This document shows positions 10,108-19,587 of a stretch of 56,344 nt of DNA, in pieces (the stretch's first letter is position 1; every line of letters begins with the position of its first letter). The stretch comes from a virus. Lineage: Duplodnaviria; Caudoviricetes. The position numbers and the translations under genes were made by a program. A model generated the notes under the pieces. That model did not search any database, had not been told where the DNA came from, and saw nothing but the letters and a program-made list of their open reading frames with translations. Where the stretch lies: positions 1 to 56,344 of IMG/VR virus record IMGVR_UViG_3300045996_002189. One strand, 5' to 3'.

Positions 10108-10574
10108 CAGGGACGGCGGGATGACTTGTTCGGTCTCTGTGGCGGAGGATCACCAATGGCGTCCAGCGAAGAGACGGCGGAATTCGTAATGGCGTCTATG
10201 CTGGCTTTGCCGACAGCGGCTCTGGCCTGCGCCTTCGCCACCACCGAGATTTCCTCAATGTTGGCAGAAACGTCTTCCCAGAGCGCATTTTTTTCGACCC
10301 ACAGGTTGGCCAACTCAAGCGCTGTCGCCGCCGTCTTTCCGGGACCGACTTCCCTCTTCATGTACGGGAATTTGGCGAGGTTTTGTGGTGTGTCGCCGGT
10401 CTGGACAAGTGCGAGGTAGCGCGTTGCCTCCTGCACTTTGCGATCATAGACAGTGTGCTTGCCGGGAGTGGCATAGCGGGCGCGGGCACGGGCAGCAGCA
10501 TCTTCGACGATCTGTTCCGCCTCGTAGCGGAGCCACGGCAGGTTCTTGGCGGCGCGGACGACGGTGAGTGTCAT
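10107..10574 (-). CDS. Tail-associated hypothetical protein (fibre-assembly-like)
   Basis: 155 aa, ATGA-coupled; A.ARARYAT.G...VY..K..EA.RY motif common downstream of phage fibre genes. Confidence 0.6.
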   Translation of the reverse strand: MTLTVVRAAKNLPWLRYEAEQIVEDAAARARARYATPGKHTVYDRKVQEATRYLALVQTGDTPQNLAKFPYMKREVGPGKTAATALELANLWVEKNALWEDVSANIEEISVVAKAQARAAVGKASIDAITNSAVSSLDAIGDPPPQRPNKSSRRP

Positions 10575-11053
10575 TCTGCGGTAAACTCTATGCGGAACGG
10601 CATGAAGGGCCAGCGCCTGACTTCGACGGTGTAGACGCCGGGGTCGTCGGCCACGAACACGAAGCCACCGCCTGTTACTTCTGTAACCGTCGTTTCAACT
10701 TCCGGGTCGGGGTCGTCGATGATGATCTCGCACGGGTCGGGCAAGCCGGTCAGGGTGATGGAGTCGATTCCGTCGGCCAGGAGGGTTGTCTTGTCGCCTT
10801 CAATAGAGACGGTCAACCCTGGGCGTGGGATGGATCGTTTTTCTTCGCCGATAATTGCAACGTAATGGGTGTCGGTGGTTCCTCCCGCCTCCATTAGGGC
10901 GTGACCATCGCCCCACGGCGCCAGCATGGCCGCGATCTGCGCGTCCTTGAACTCATCGACGAACCCGACATCGACGCTGGAGACGATTTCGCCAGTCGCG
11001 GCTTTGTAGATGACTACGGATGAAAGTCCCGAGATGTCGAACGGGCCGGTCAT
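10571..11053 (-). CDS. Tail-tip associated hypothetical protein
   Basis: 160 aa, ATGA-coupled to J; IY...TGEI N-terminus and ADG.D...LTGLP motif. Confidence 0.65.
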   Translation of the reverse strand: MTGPFDISGLSSVVIYKAATGEIVSSVDVGFVDEFKDAQIAAMLAPWGDGHALMEAGGTTDTHYVAIIGEEKRSIPRPGLTVSIEGDKTTLLADGIDSITLTGLPDPCEIIIDDPDPEVETTVTEVTGGGFVFVADDPGVYTVEVRRWPFMPFRIEFTAE

Positions 11054-14000
11054 CTCTTGTACTCAACGGCAATGATCTGGCAGCGGAAATTGAACGGCCC
11101 CAAAACCCCCCCCACTCCGCTCCCGAATGATGCCCAACCGTTTGCCCCGAGCGACTGGACCTGCCACGCCAATCCCGTACCCGGTGGTTCCCTGAACACA
11201 TACGACATGGGAAGGCTGGTGGTGGCTCCGCCCGCTCCAGCCATGATGCCGTTATGGACGACGTTCCCATTAAGGAGCATCCGCCACTGGAAGGAATCGC
11301 TGACAGCAATTTGGTTGTTGCCGTTTACAGACGTGGTGTACCCGATATCCGCCATTGCGACAGCCAGAACGTGGATGTCACCACCGGCCAATGATGTCCA
11401 GCCTAGTGTGTGGCCGTTGGCGTCATTCGTTCGCGACATGCCATAGGTCGCTTGCCCCAGAAGATTGTCCGTCCCGATGACCTGAACGCCGAAACCATTG
11501 GCGTGCAGGATGATCCTGCCGTTGATATCGCGGACGATCAGACCGTCTATGTTCGGGTCCGGCAGTGAACGGTTTTGCCCGATCTCAACACGGGTAACGG
11601 AGTTGTTGTCGTGGTAGCGAATGACTTGATAGCCATCACGCCCCTCGATCACGATGGTATTGCGGTCGATACCGAAGGTGCCGCCAACCTGGATGCGCCG
11701 CGAACTCAGGCTGCCGTTGGCAATCCTGTCAGCGCTGAGATTCTGAATGAAAGCATCCAGAACGGAGGCAGAATTGATGTGGGCGGTATTGATGATGCCT
11801 TGGTCGATTTGCGCCGACGCCGTGATGAGTCGCCCCGCACTGACCTCGTTGGCGGTGATCGAGTTGGCCTGGATGCGGTCGGCTCCAATGGTCCGTGCCC
11901 TGATCCCTTGGCCGTCGATGATCGTCCGGCCATAGGTCATGTTGAGACCTGCACCGCCGACATAGGTGCCGAGGACCACGACGTTGGGATTGGCGGTAAT
12001 GTTCGCGTCCGTCGAGCCGCCGATGGCTCCCTGCCCGATATGCCAGTAGAGATAGACGATGTTGCCGGTCCACGGGTAGCCGCCGGCACTAATGGTCTCC
12101 GCCGCGTGCTGCCCATCCGTTCCAGACGGATAGTTGATGACACCAGCGGTCCAGCGGACGATGTTCTCTTCTTTGAACGGGGTGAATTCGCACCCGATGA
12201 TCTCGATCCCGCGCAGACCGACGATCAATTTGTTGGCGCTGACGGTGCCCGTAGCTATCTTGCTTCCGTCTATCGTCGTCCGGTCCGGCCCCCAGAGGAT
12301 GTTCTCAAGGGTCGTGCCGCCATCCAGCAGGATCTTGCCGGGAAGAATGCGGGTGGTTCCTTGGTTGATGACGGCGGCGGGGTCACCGGTTCCTGCCGTG
12401 GCCTGCTGGATCGTCTGGCCGGTGCTGCCAAGGATGACTTCGCCGGACAGGATGCTTCCGGCCGTGATCTTGCTGGCATCCAGGTTGGCTATCTTGGCAT
12501 TGTCAATCGCGCCGTCCTTGATAACGGCGGTTCCAATGCTCAATGCAGCGTAGTCTGCTTCTTCAACCTTCTTGGTCCGGCCGCCGACCCCTGCCGTGGC
12601 CAAGGTTGGAAAGAAAGCACTCTGGTTGCGGGACCGGTCAACGGCGCGTATCCAATACCACCTGTCAACGCCGCCATCCAAGCCTTCCCGGACGAAGCTG
12701 GTACCGGCGGCATTGGCGACATAGGCTGCCTGCGCCCGGTCGTTCACCGATGCTTCCCAGACCTCCATGTGCGAGAAATCACTGTCGGGATGTTGATCCC
12801 ACTCCACCCAAATCGACTTGAATGTAGCAGTAATCGTAAGGCCGGTCGGAGTGGCAGGCGGCACATTGTCGCCACGAACGACATGGGCAACCTCAGCCGA
12901 GAAAATCGAACTGTTGAATTCCTTGTCGTAGGCGGACAGGCGCACGCGGTAGCGCACGCCCGCCTGGACCTGCCACTCGTAGCGGGTGAGATTGGTCTGG
13001 TAGTGCAGGAACTGACCGCCTTCCTGAGCGATCTCGACGCCGTAGTTGAGGAAATCTCCGTCTGCGTTGGCGTTCCATGTCGCGATCAGGATGTAGGTCT
13101 GCGTTCCGTCTTCCTGCTCCCTGACCTCATCGGAGAGAGCCAGCCCAGTAGGCACTCCGGGAGGCGTCAGGTCGGGCGGCACGACGCCAGCGGAGCGGAC
13201 CTTGACCTCGGCAGAGACGTTCAAGCCGGTCTTGCCGAAACTATCGTAGGCGGCAACCCGGATGTAGCGGTCAACCGAAGGCGGCACCTGGAGGAAGATG
13301 TAGCGGTTGGGGCCGTCATAAGCGACGTTTGAGGCTGTGGGTTCCGTCCCACTGGTGTCCGACATCCAGACAAGAGAACCCGCGAAATCAAGGTCGGTCG
13401 GCTGGTCGAACTTGATGAAGATAGACCCGTAGCCACCCAGCACTTCGAGGCTGGTAACCTGCGCCGGAGCCGGGTTGGAAACCTCGATGGCGGCAGGGAG
13501 CGAGTAATTTCCCCAGCGGTCGCGCATCAGGACTTCGAACTTGAAGGACCGGTGCGGGCCACCCTTGGTCTGCGAATTGACGTCGAACGTGAACTCGTAG
13601 CGGTTGAGGGTGGTGTGATCGACGTGGATCAGTTCGTTGCGGACGTCGTAGACCCGGACTTCGTAGTCGCGGAAGATGGCATCGAGATAACCGGCGCCGA
13701 CAGCGGGCTCCTGGCCGATGTCGTAAGACCCGCGGATTGCCGTGCCGCGCCAGACGAAGACTGGGTCCCGGCCCTGGAAGATGTGGTTGTTGCCTTGGTT
13801 TTCGAGTTCCAACCCGGTCGGGCGGATCAGGGTAATGGGCGAGTTGTCCGGGATGTTGATTTCGAGAATGGCCGGACGTGATTCGACGCCGCCGATATTG
13901 ACCGCTTGGACATGGAAAACGAACAGTCCGGTGGACTCGCCGTAGATCGTCTTGGTCGTGCCCTGGACGTCGGTGATGGTGTCGAAGTTGCCATTGTTAC

Positions 14001-16056
14001 GGCGATAGCGGACAGTGTAGCCCTTGACGTAGGGGTCGGGGCTGGGGTCCCACGACAGTTCCAGCGCCGTGGTCCAGCCATTGGGCGTGCTGATGTACTG
14101 GCGGTCCACCCGGACATTCGTCGGGGGCTGGACGATGCCGGGATTGGGCAGTTTGGAGACGGGTGGCTGCTTGATGTTCAAGCCGCGCTCGACCCGCGCA
14201 TAGATCGTGTCGTCGTAGGGGACGGCGGCAACCGTGTACTCAAGGTCGCCGTCGTCGGACACGGCCATGACCCGGAACTTGCGGGGGCGGAGGTCGCTGA
14301 CCTCCAGCACCCAGGTTGCTTCCGGGTACGGCGCTATCGGCAGTTCGCGGTCGTAGGCGAGAGCGTTTGTGGTTCCCGGCTGATTGATGACGGTGCGGGA
14401 GCCGACGGTGCCGTCCGGCAACTGGACGTGCAGGGTGTATCCCTTGCCGCGATCAATCGTGACGGCGCGGTCAAGTTGGATGGTGCCGCGATTGGCAACG
14501 ACGACGCGCCCGCCGAGGTCGGCCCCGACGATGCTCTTTTCCGTCATCACGATGACGTCGCCGGGGTTGGCGTGCAGATGGTCGATGCTGGCCTTGTAGG
14601 TCAGGGCATCGCCCAACTTGCCGGTTTCGATGAACCACTTGCCCAGGCGCTTCGCCTGACCACGCGACTTGCACGCGAACGCCGTGATGCTCTCGGGCTG
14701 CCAGCCGTACTTCTTGATCAGGTCGAAATCTTCGTAGACTTCGAGATCCGGCTTGTCGAGATTGTCGGCATCGAGGAAGGATACGAGAGCCACCGTCTTG
14801 ATGGCACGGACGGCAGGACCGGCCAACTCGAACCCGCCGATGGTCTGTGTCGCGTTGACGGTGAACAGCGGGTCGCGCGGCGCGTCCTGGACGACGGTGA
14901 CCTGACCGGCTGCCCAGTATGCCATGGCACGAAACGTGGACGCCAAAGCGTTGACAATCGCGTAGGCTTCCTGCCGGGTGTTGTGGACGAAATGCGCCTC
15001 GAACCGCGGCTCCATGATGTCGGAGCCGTCCGCGTTCTTCAGTCCGCTTGGCACGTATTCGTCGCAGTAGCGCCCGCAACTGTAGACGGCGGCGGCATCG
15101 ACCGCGCTGTCAGGCAGGTCGCAGCCCGAGCGGTGCGTCAGCAGCGCCATGAACAGATAGGCGGGATTGGCCGTGTAAGCCATTTTCCAGCCGCCGTCCC
15201 ATACGCCTGCATAGTTGCGGCTGACCGGGTCGTAGTTACTTGGCACCCGGACGATCCAGGTGTCCCAGCGGCTGGTGACCGTCGGCATGCTGTTGCCGAA
15301 CCGCTGGGCGTCGAAGGTCAGAGCCAGCAGAGCGGTATTCGGGTATCGCAACTTCCGGTCGATGATCTCCGTGTAGCTCGACCATGACGTGGAGTTCTGG
15401 AGCGTCGCACGGTCGCTGTCGGGCGTCGTGCGCTCGACCATGATGTCCCAAGGGCCATCCCCCGGCATCGGAACCCGGTACTGCTCCTCGTAGGCAGAGG
15501 TGGTCTTGCCGGTGATGGTCTGCCGGTATTCCTGCTCCCATCCGCTGCGGCCCTGCCGACGCACCCGGATGACGAAACTGACGCTAGTGCCTCTCGTGTC
15601 ACCCGTCTTGGTGTCCTGATCCAGCATGCCCTGAACGGCGATGACGATACGGACAGCATTGACGTTGGTATTGGTGATGGACCGGGTCGCCGGGGTCGAA
15701 CGCTTGATCTCGGTCGGCAGGCCGACATCGCCGGAATGGGTGCTCTCGACTGCCGGGAAGCCTTCGATCCACGACTGATCGGGCGTTCCGACGCGGTAGT
15801 CCCAGGTGACACCAGTGAAGTTGAGGCTGCCGTCCTCATTCATCAGCGGCGTGTCGTTAAAGAAGATGTTTTTGGCGCCGCTCTGATATCCTCCAACGAT
15901 CCCTTGAAATGGTCCCTCCCCCAATGCGTAAAGAACCCTGCCAGTTGCTCTACTTTGGAGAGTATTCTTTTCTTCAACTGGCTGTCTAGGTGCAGCACCT
16001 TTCTCGTCGCCGCCCTTAGAACCGTGTATTTTAGATTTGTATTCCGTGTCAGTCAT
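11050..16056 (-). CDS. Central tail fibre / host-specificity protein (lambda gpJ/TipJ-like) with FN3 domains
   Basis: GSKGG N-terminus, LGEGP, LRYPNTAL, NYDP..R.Y.G.WDG, EPRF, GQAKRLGKW; FN3-like PTGL repeats; I.A.KI.AG.I repeats. Confidence 0.95.
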   Translation of the reverse strand: MTDTEYKSKIHGSKGGDEKGAAPRQPVEEKNTLQSRATGRVLYALGEGPFQGIVGGYQSGAKNIFFNDTPLMNEDGSLNFTGVTWDYRVGTPDQSWIEGFPAVESTHSGDVGLPTEIKRSTPATRSITNTNVNAVRIVIAVQGMLDQDTKTGDTRGTSVSFVIRVRRQGRSGWEQEYRQTITGKTTSAYEEQYRVPMPGDGPWDIMVERTTPDSDRATLQNSTSWSSYTEIIDRKLRYPNTALLALTFDAQRFGNSMPTVTSRWDTWIVRVPSNYDPVSRNYAGVWDGGWKMAYTANPAYLFMALLTHRSGCDLPDSAVDAAAVYSCGRYCDEYVPSGLKNADGSDIMEPRFEAHFVHNTRQEAYAIVNALASTFRAMAYWAAGQVTVVQDAPRDPLFTVNATQTIGGFELAGPAVRAIKTVALVSFLDADNLDKPDLEVYEDFDLIKKYGWQPESITAFACKSRGQAKRLGKWFIETGKLGDALTYKASIDHLHANPGDVIVMTEKSIVGADLGGRVVVANRGTIQLDRAVTIDRGKGYTLHVQLPDGTVGSRTVINQPGTTNALAYDRELPIAPYPEATWVLEVSDLRPRKFRVMAVSDDGDLEYTVAAVPYDDTIYARVERGLNIKQPPVSKLPNPGIVQPPTNVRVDRQYISTPNGWTTALELSWDPSPDPYVKGYTVRYRRNNGNFDTITDVQGTTKTIYGESTGLFVFHVQAVNIGGVESRPAILEINIPDNSPITLIRPTGLELENQGNNHIFQGRDPVFVWRGTAIRGSYDIGQEPAVGAGYLDAIFRDYEVRVYDVRNELIHVDHTTLNRYEFTFDVNSQTKGGPHRSFKFEVLMRDRWGNYSLPAAIEVSNPAPAQVTSLEVLGGYGSIFIKFDQPTDLDFAGSLVWMSDTSGTEPTASNVAYDGPNRYIFLQVPPSVDRYIRVAAYDSFGKTGLNVSAEVKVRSAGVVPPDLTPPGVPTGLALSDEVREQEDGTQTYILIATWNANADGDFLNYGVEIAQEGGQFLHYQTNLTRYEWQVQAGVRYRVRLSAYDKEFNSSIFSAEVAHVVRGDNVPPATPTGLTITATFKSIWVEWDQHPDSDFSHMEVWEASVNDRAQAAYVANAAGTSFVREGLDGGVDRWYWIRAVDRSRNQSAFFPTLATAGVGGRTKKVEEADYAALSIGTAVIKDGAIDNAKIANLDASKITAGSILSGEVILGSTGQTIQQATAGTGDPAAVINQGTTRILPGKILLDGGTTLENILWGPDRTTIDGSKIATGTVSANKLIVGLRGIEIIGCEFTPFKEENIVRWTAGVINYPSGTDGQHAAETISAGGYPWTGNIVYLYWHIGQGAIGGSTDANITANPNVVVLGTYVGGAGLNMTYGRTIIDGQGIRARTIGADRIQANSITANEVSAGRLITASAQIDQGIINTAHINSASVLDAFIQNLSADRIANGSLSSRRIQVGGTFGIDRNTIVIEGRDGYQVIRYHDNNSVTRVEIGQNRSLPDPNIDGLIVRDINGRIILHANGFGVQVIGTDNLLGQATYGMSRTNDANGHTLGWTSLAGGDIHVLAVAMADIGYTTSVNGNNQIAVSDSFQWRMLLNGNVVHNGIMAGAGGATTSLPMSYVFREPPGTGLAWQVQSLGANGWASFGSGVGGVLGPFNFRCQIIAVEYKR

Positions 16057-16070
16057 CGACGGCCCCGCAC

Positions 16071-16138
16071 TTCCAATAGGGGTGCGACAGCGTTATAATG
16101 ATCGGGCCGCATCAGCGTTGCTGCGCTGTGTGCGGCCC
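16071..16138 (+). promoter_or_regulatory. Sigma70-type promoter and leader hairpin for the HNH gene
   Basis: TTCCAA(16071-76)-17 bp-TATAAT(16094-99); hairpin GGGCCGCA...TGCGGCCC at 16104-16138. Confidence 0.6.
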
Positions 16139-16167
16139 TAATCACAACACCCTGTGCAGAGGATGAG

Positions 16168-16725
16168 ATGACTAATTCAACGGTAAAGATTTGTGAGACG
16201 TGCGGCAAGGTGATTCCATCAACATCGCAAGGCAAAAGGTTCTGCTCAAGGGCATGCATAATAAACACCACCCCTCTTGCCGAGCGATTCTGGACGTATA
16301 TGGATGTGCGAGGACCTGATGACTGTTGGCTCTGGCAGAGAGCCACAGACCGTGGTGGGTACGGAGTTCTCACTGTCAACTACCAAACTCGGCGCGCTCA
16401 CAGGCAAGCCTACGAATTGGCTGTAGGCCCCATCCCTGAAGGACTTCTTGTTTGCCACAAATGTGATGTTCGGACTTGCTGCAACCCCAACCACCTTTTT
16501 GTGGGAACCCATTACGACAACGCCGTGGACATGTACCAGAAGGGCAGGAGCACTCCGCCTCGTCACAAGGGTGCTTCGCATGGGAATGCGAAAGTCACGG
16601 ACGAAATCGTTCGCTTTATCCGGTCTGATAAACGAACCGCAGCGGCGCTGAGCAAGGAACTCGCTATCTCGGCAAGTCAGATAACGAGAATTCGGCGAGG
16701 AGAGTCTTGGACTCATGTTGAATAG
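16168..16725 (+). CDS. Free-standing HNH homing endonuclease, antisense between I and J
   Basis: CETC/CSRAC Zn motif; RFW...CWLW...GYG; AHR.AYE; VCHKCD...CCNPNHL..GT..DN; GNAKVT DNA-binding tail. Confidence 0.93.
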   Translation: MTNSTVKICETCGKVIPSTSQGKRFCSRACIINTTPLAERFWTYMDVRGPDDCWLWQRATDRGGYGVLTVNYQTRRAHRQAYELAVGPIPEGLLVCHKCDVRTCCNPNHLFVGTHYDNAVDMYQKGRSTPPRHKGASHGNAKVTDEIVRFIRSDKRTAAALSKELAISASQITRIRRGESWTHVE

Positions 16726-16727
16726 GC

Positions 16728-17351
16728 TCATGTCGGCATTCTCTCCACGGTAACGCCGACGCTGATGACAATGCCGCCGAGGATGTTGCGCCCGCCGCAG
16801 ATCGGAATCGGGTGCCCCTGTTCGACAACGTTGACCGCACCGCCCAACATGAAGGATGGCCGATCCTCTGGCCGCTCGTTCTGCCTGATATCGGGAGTTT
16901 TGGGGACTGGCGTCAGCATTTGCGCAATGCCGCTCAGCGTCAGGCTGGCGCCGACCATGGCGATACTGCCCCAAGTGCCAGCCCCCATGCCGAGTGCCGT
17001 GGCGCCGCCAGCCAGAGCGAAGCCGCCTGTCGCAATGGCGGCGATGCCGAGAAGGGCGACTCCGGCAATCATCTTGCCAACGCCGCCGCGCTTGGCTCCA
17101 CTGATGGTTGGGATGATGTGGATGCTATCCTTCTCCGGGAAGCACAGCGGGATCTCGGACTCATCCAGTTGACGCCCCTTCCGCAACGACCCGACGACAA
17201 TCCGGTAGGTGCCCTTCGCGATGATGGGAGCGATTTCCGGAAAGTTGGCGACTAGCAGGCGCACAGCCTCGACCGTGTTCCGGCAGTGGAACTGGTAAGG
17301 ACCACCAAATTTTTGCTTAAGATTGCCATGGAGAAACACGGACCTGGGCAT
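16728..17351 (-). CDS. Tail assembly protein I (lambda gpI-like)
   Basis: Start MPRSVFLHGNL at 17351; IHIIP.ISGAKRGG; hydrophobic Gly/Ala stretch; N...QG.PIPI..G. Confidence 0.9.
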   Translation of the reverse strand: MPRSVFLHGNLKQKFGGPYQFHCRNTVEAVRLLVANFPEIAPIIAKGTYRIVVGSLRKGRQLDESEIPLCFPEKDSIHIIPTISGAKRGGVGKMIAGVALLGIAAIATGGFALAGGATALGMGAGTWGSIAMVGASLTLSGIAQMLTPVPKTPDIRQNERPEDRPSFMLGGAVNVVEQGHPIPICGGRNILGGIVISVGVTVERMPT

Positions 17352-17358
17352 GGCTTCC

Positions 17359-18156
17359 TCAGAAATAGGATGAAAGTTCTTCGGGCGGAGGGGGCGGCGG
17401 ATTTCCCTCGAAACTCTTGTGCCGGATAGCCTGGACCGCGTAGTGACGCCAGCGTCCGAAGGGTTCTCGGACACTCAGCATCTGCTGAGGATGGTGGTAC
17501 ATCAGGCCACGGTCGAGAACGACCACCGCATGGTTGGGAACCGCCGAGCGGAGTTGAGCCAAGACGACATCGCCGGGGGCGACATCGGACATTTCGATGC
17601 GCTCGAACCCGGCCTGCTCGAAACCTTCCTCGTAGAGGTTCCCGCCGTCGCGCCACCAGTTCCAGTCGCGGGGGAATTCGGGAAGTCTAAGACCGTAAAT
17701 CTGCCAGTAGAATGACCGGATGGAATTGTAGCAGTCTGTCACCTGCGGCACGAAGGTGCGGCCAAGCAGCGGCTCGTCCAGCAAGAAGTCGCCCCAGTAC
17801 AGCGGCTTCTCCGCCATCCCGTTGATGCAAGGAACCAGCCCCCACGTGCAGCGCGTCTCAATGCACTGCTCCATGTCGTCCTTGGAGGGACCGATCAGTG
17901 CCGGATTAATTTCGTCCTTGGCGTAGCATTCGGAGTGGAGAACCGCGGCCACCTTCGGATTGCCGTCATCGTCCAGCGAGGCGTACTCGGCATCATCCTC
18001 TTCGGAGATCGAGAACTGCTCGGTCGGATTGCGCGACACGTTTCGGAGCGGGATGTACTCGCCATCAAGCGACACAACGCCGACGCATTCGTTGGGGTAC
18101 TCGGATTCGGCGTGGGCCATCGCTGCCGCAGACGCAGCGGGAAATAGGTCTGGCAT
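17359..18156 (-). CDS. Tail tip protein K (JAB/Mov34 + NlpC/P60)
   Basis: HAESEYPNECVG, HS....PS.DD; LLGR.F....DCY, PGDV, PNHA, YHH. Confidence 0.92.
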   Translation of the reverse strand: MPDLFPAASAAAMAHAESEYPNECVGVVSLDGEYIPLRNVSRNPTEQFSISEEDDAEYASLDDDGNPKVAAVLHSECYAKDEINPALIGPSKDDMEQCIETRCTWGLVPCINGMAEKPLYWGDFLLDEPLLGRTFVPQVTDCYNSIRSFYWQIYGLRLPEFPRDWNWWRDGGNLYEEGFEQAGFERIEMSDVAPGDVVLAQLRSAVPNHAVVVLDRGLMYHHPQQMLSVREPFGRWRHYAVQAIRHKSFEGNPPPPPPEELSSYF

Positions 18157-18249
18157 GGGAGATGGCCTTATCTAGCGAGCGATTTTGCCGCCGGGGGTGA
18201 CGACATTTTCGCTAGGGTGCGATGACATTAAATGGCACGGGCGCGTCCA

Positions 18250-18954
18250 CTACCGAGTCCGTGCCATACCTGGGAAACTCCCCAGCGGCAACGGTGAGTT
18301 GATTCCAAAGCGTAACTCACAATCAGAAAGTGTCTTTCCGCACTTGTCCTGCACTGGGTTCGCCACAGGAACCCCGTCCTCGTTGAACATAGCGGCTCCG
18401 CTATAAGGACAAGTTGCGCGCTCGTACGACCAAGCACCACCGTCCCAGACACGATATCGCCAGAGACAGGTATTCTGGGTTGCGATGCGCCGAGGAACGA
18501 TATCACCCCATAAATCCAGCCCGGTGCTCAACTGCCACTCAATGACGCCAGTCGAGGTGTTGTGCCGTACCTTCTGCTGGATGATGTAGACTTCTGGAGG
18601 AAAGTAACTGTCCGACGGGAAGCTGCCGTTATCAAGGTTGTCCGAGTAGACCTGCCATCGCGTCACCTTGGCGCGGCGCAGGTCGTCCAGGGCGACGACG
18701 CTGGCAATGATGAGTTCGGTCGCAGGCATGGAAAGTGTCGGCGTGGGCTGCTCGCCGCGACCGTTCTTCTCGAAACCGGACGCAGTGATCGGCAGCGGCT
18801 CGTAGGTAACGCCTTTCCAACGCGGCTTCTGGCTTCCAATGGGACCGGGGGTGAAATGGTAAACGATGCCGACGCCTGTCTCCGTCAGATTGATGTCGAA
18901 CAGGTCGATAAGCGTGCCAGGATTAAGTTGCTGTGACCGTCCCGCGGGAATCAT
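18250..18954 (-). CDS. Minor tail protein L
   Basis: IDLFDI, W.G.TY.PLPI.ASGFE, PTL, C.WRY...CPY.G...DKCGK.LSDC.LRF...GSFPG Cys cluster. Confidence 0.93.
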   Translation of the reverse strand: MIPAGRSQQLNPGTLIDLFDINLTETGVGIVYHFTPGPIGSQKPRWKGVTYEPLPITASGFEKNGRGEQPTPTLSMPATELIIASVVALDDLRRAKVTRWQVYSDNLDNGSFPSDSYFPPEVYIIQQKVRHNTSTGVIEWQLSTGLDLWGDIVPRRIATQNTCLWRYRVWDGGAWSYERATCPYSGAAMFNEDGVPVANPVQDKCGKTLSDCELRFGINSPLPLGSFPGMARTR

Positions 18955-18960
18955 AACAAA

Positions 18961-19317
18961 TCACCCAACAAGGTCAAATACCTCCTCGAAAACAAGAGTC
19001 ATTTTGTCGTGCGTACGAGAACCGTTTACCGGCTCTCTAGTCCATCGCTTGCAGATGTATTTCCTGGCCTGTGTGTCTCTTGGCGCCGTCCACCAGAACC
19101 ACTTAACGCCACCATGACCAGCAAGAAAGTTCTCGACGTTGTTGGCTAAAGGAATATCGATAACGTTGATGGGAATATCCCACACCCTTGCATCGGAATT
19201 CAGACCTCGCGCCATGCGAAGACTGTAGCCACCGTTGTCGAACTTTATTTCTGTGATCCGAGGCTCACGCCTTTGGACGGCACCGTAGGAAATGCCAATA
19301 TTGAACGTCTCAGCCAT
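18961..19317 (-). CDS. Minor tail protein M (distal tail)
   Basis: Start MAETF at 19317; F..GY..R...GLN, FL..HGG.K.F.WT.P, FEEVF. Confidence 0.9.
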   Translation of the reverse strand: MAETFNIGISYGAVQRREPRITEIKFDNGGYSLRMARGLNSDARVWDIPINVIDIPLANNVENFLAGHGGVKWFWWTAPRDTQARKYICKRWTREPVNGSRTHDKMTLVFEEVFDLVG

Positions 19318-19395
19318 CAGAGGCTCCGGTTGGGAACTGCCGTCTCCAGGCAGCAACGGAAAGTCGGTCTCCCGAAACGCGAGGAACACACTTGC

Positions 19396-19424
19396 TTGAC
19401 TTCTAACATTAGATGGTGTAATTT
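19396..19424 (+). promoter_or_regulatory. Sigma70-type promoter with internal palindromic operator, probably leaderless
   Basis: TTGACT(19396-401)-17 bp-TAATTT(19419-24); TCTAA-ca-TTAGA palindrome at 19402-13; ATG at 19432 with no Shine-Dalgarno. Confidence 0.6.
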
Positions 19425-19431
19425 TACCCCT

Positions 19432-19587
19432 ATGGCTGAACACCTTGTCACATCCAAGATCACACCGGACTCCTTGCAAATGGTGAGAATGGTCGCCGCG
19501 AAGACGGGCGAAAAACAGTACGAAGTCGTGCGTCGCTTGCTTGAAGCAGAGATGCTGAGGCTTTCTCTGACGGCAGGTAGCCGCTGA
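19432..19587 (+). CDS. Small ribbon-helix-helix-like DNA-binding protein coupled to TnpB
   Basis: 51 aa MAEHLVTSKITPDSLQMVRMVAAKTGEKQYEVVRRLLEAE; strand-helix-G-helix pattern; TGATG overlap with tnpB. Confidence 0.6.
   Translation: MAEHLVTSKITPDSLQMVRMVAAKTGEKQYEVVRRLLEAEMLRLSLTAGSR

Noticed and set aside
11575-15387. Long plus-strand ORFs (585 and 493 aa, and similar ones at 6018, 27618, 53543 and 54950)
   Set aside because: Antisense shadows of GC-rich genes with clear minus-strand products; no motifs.
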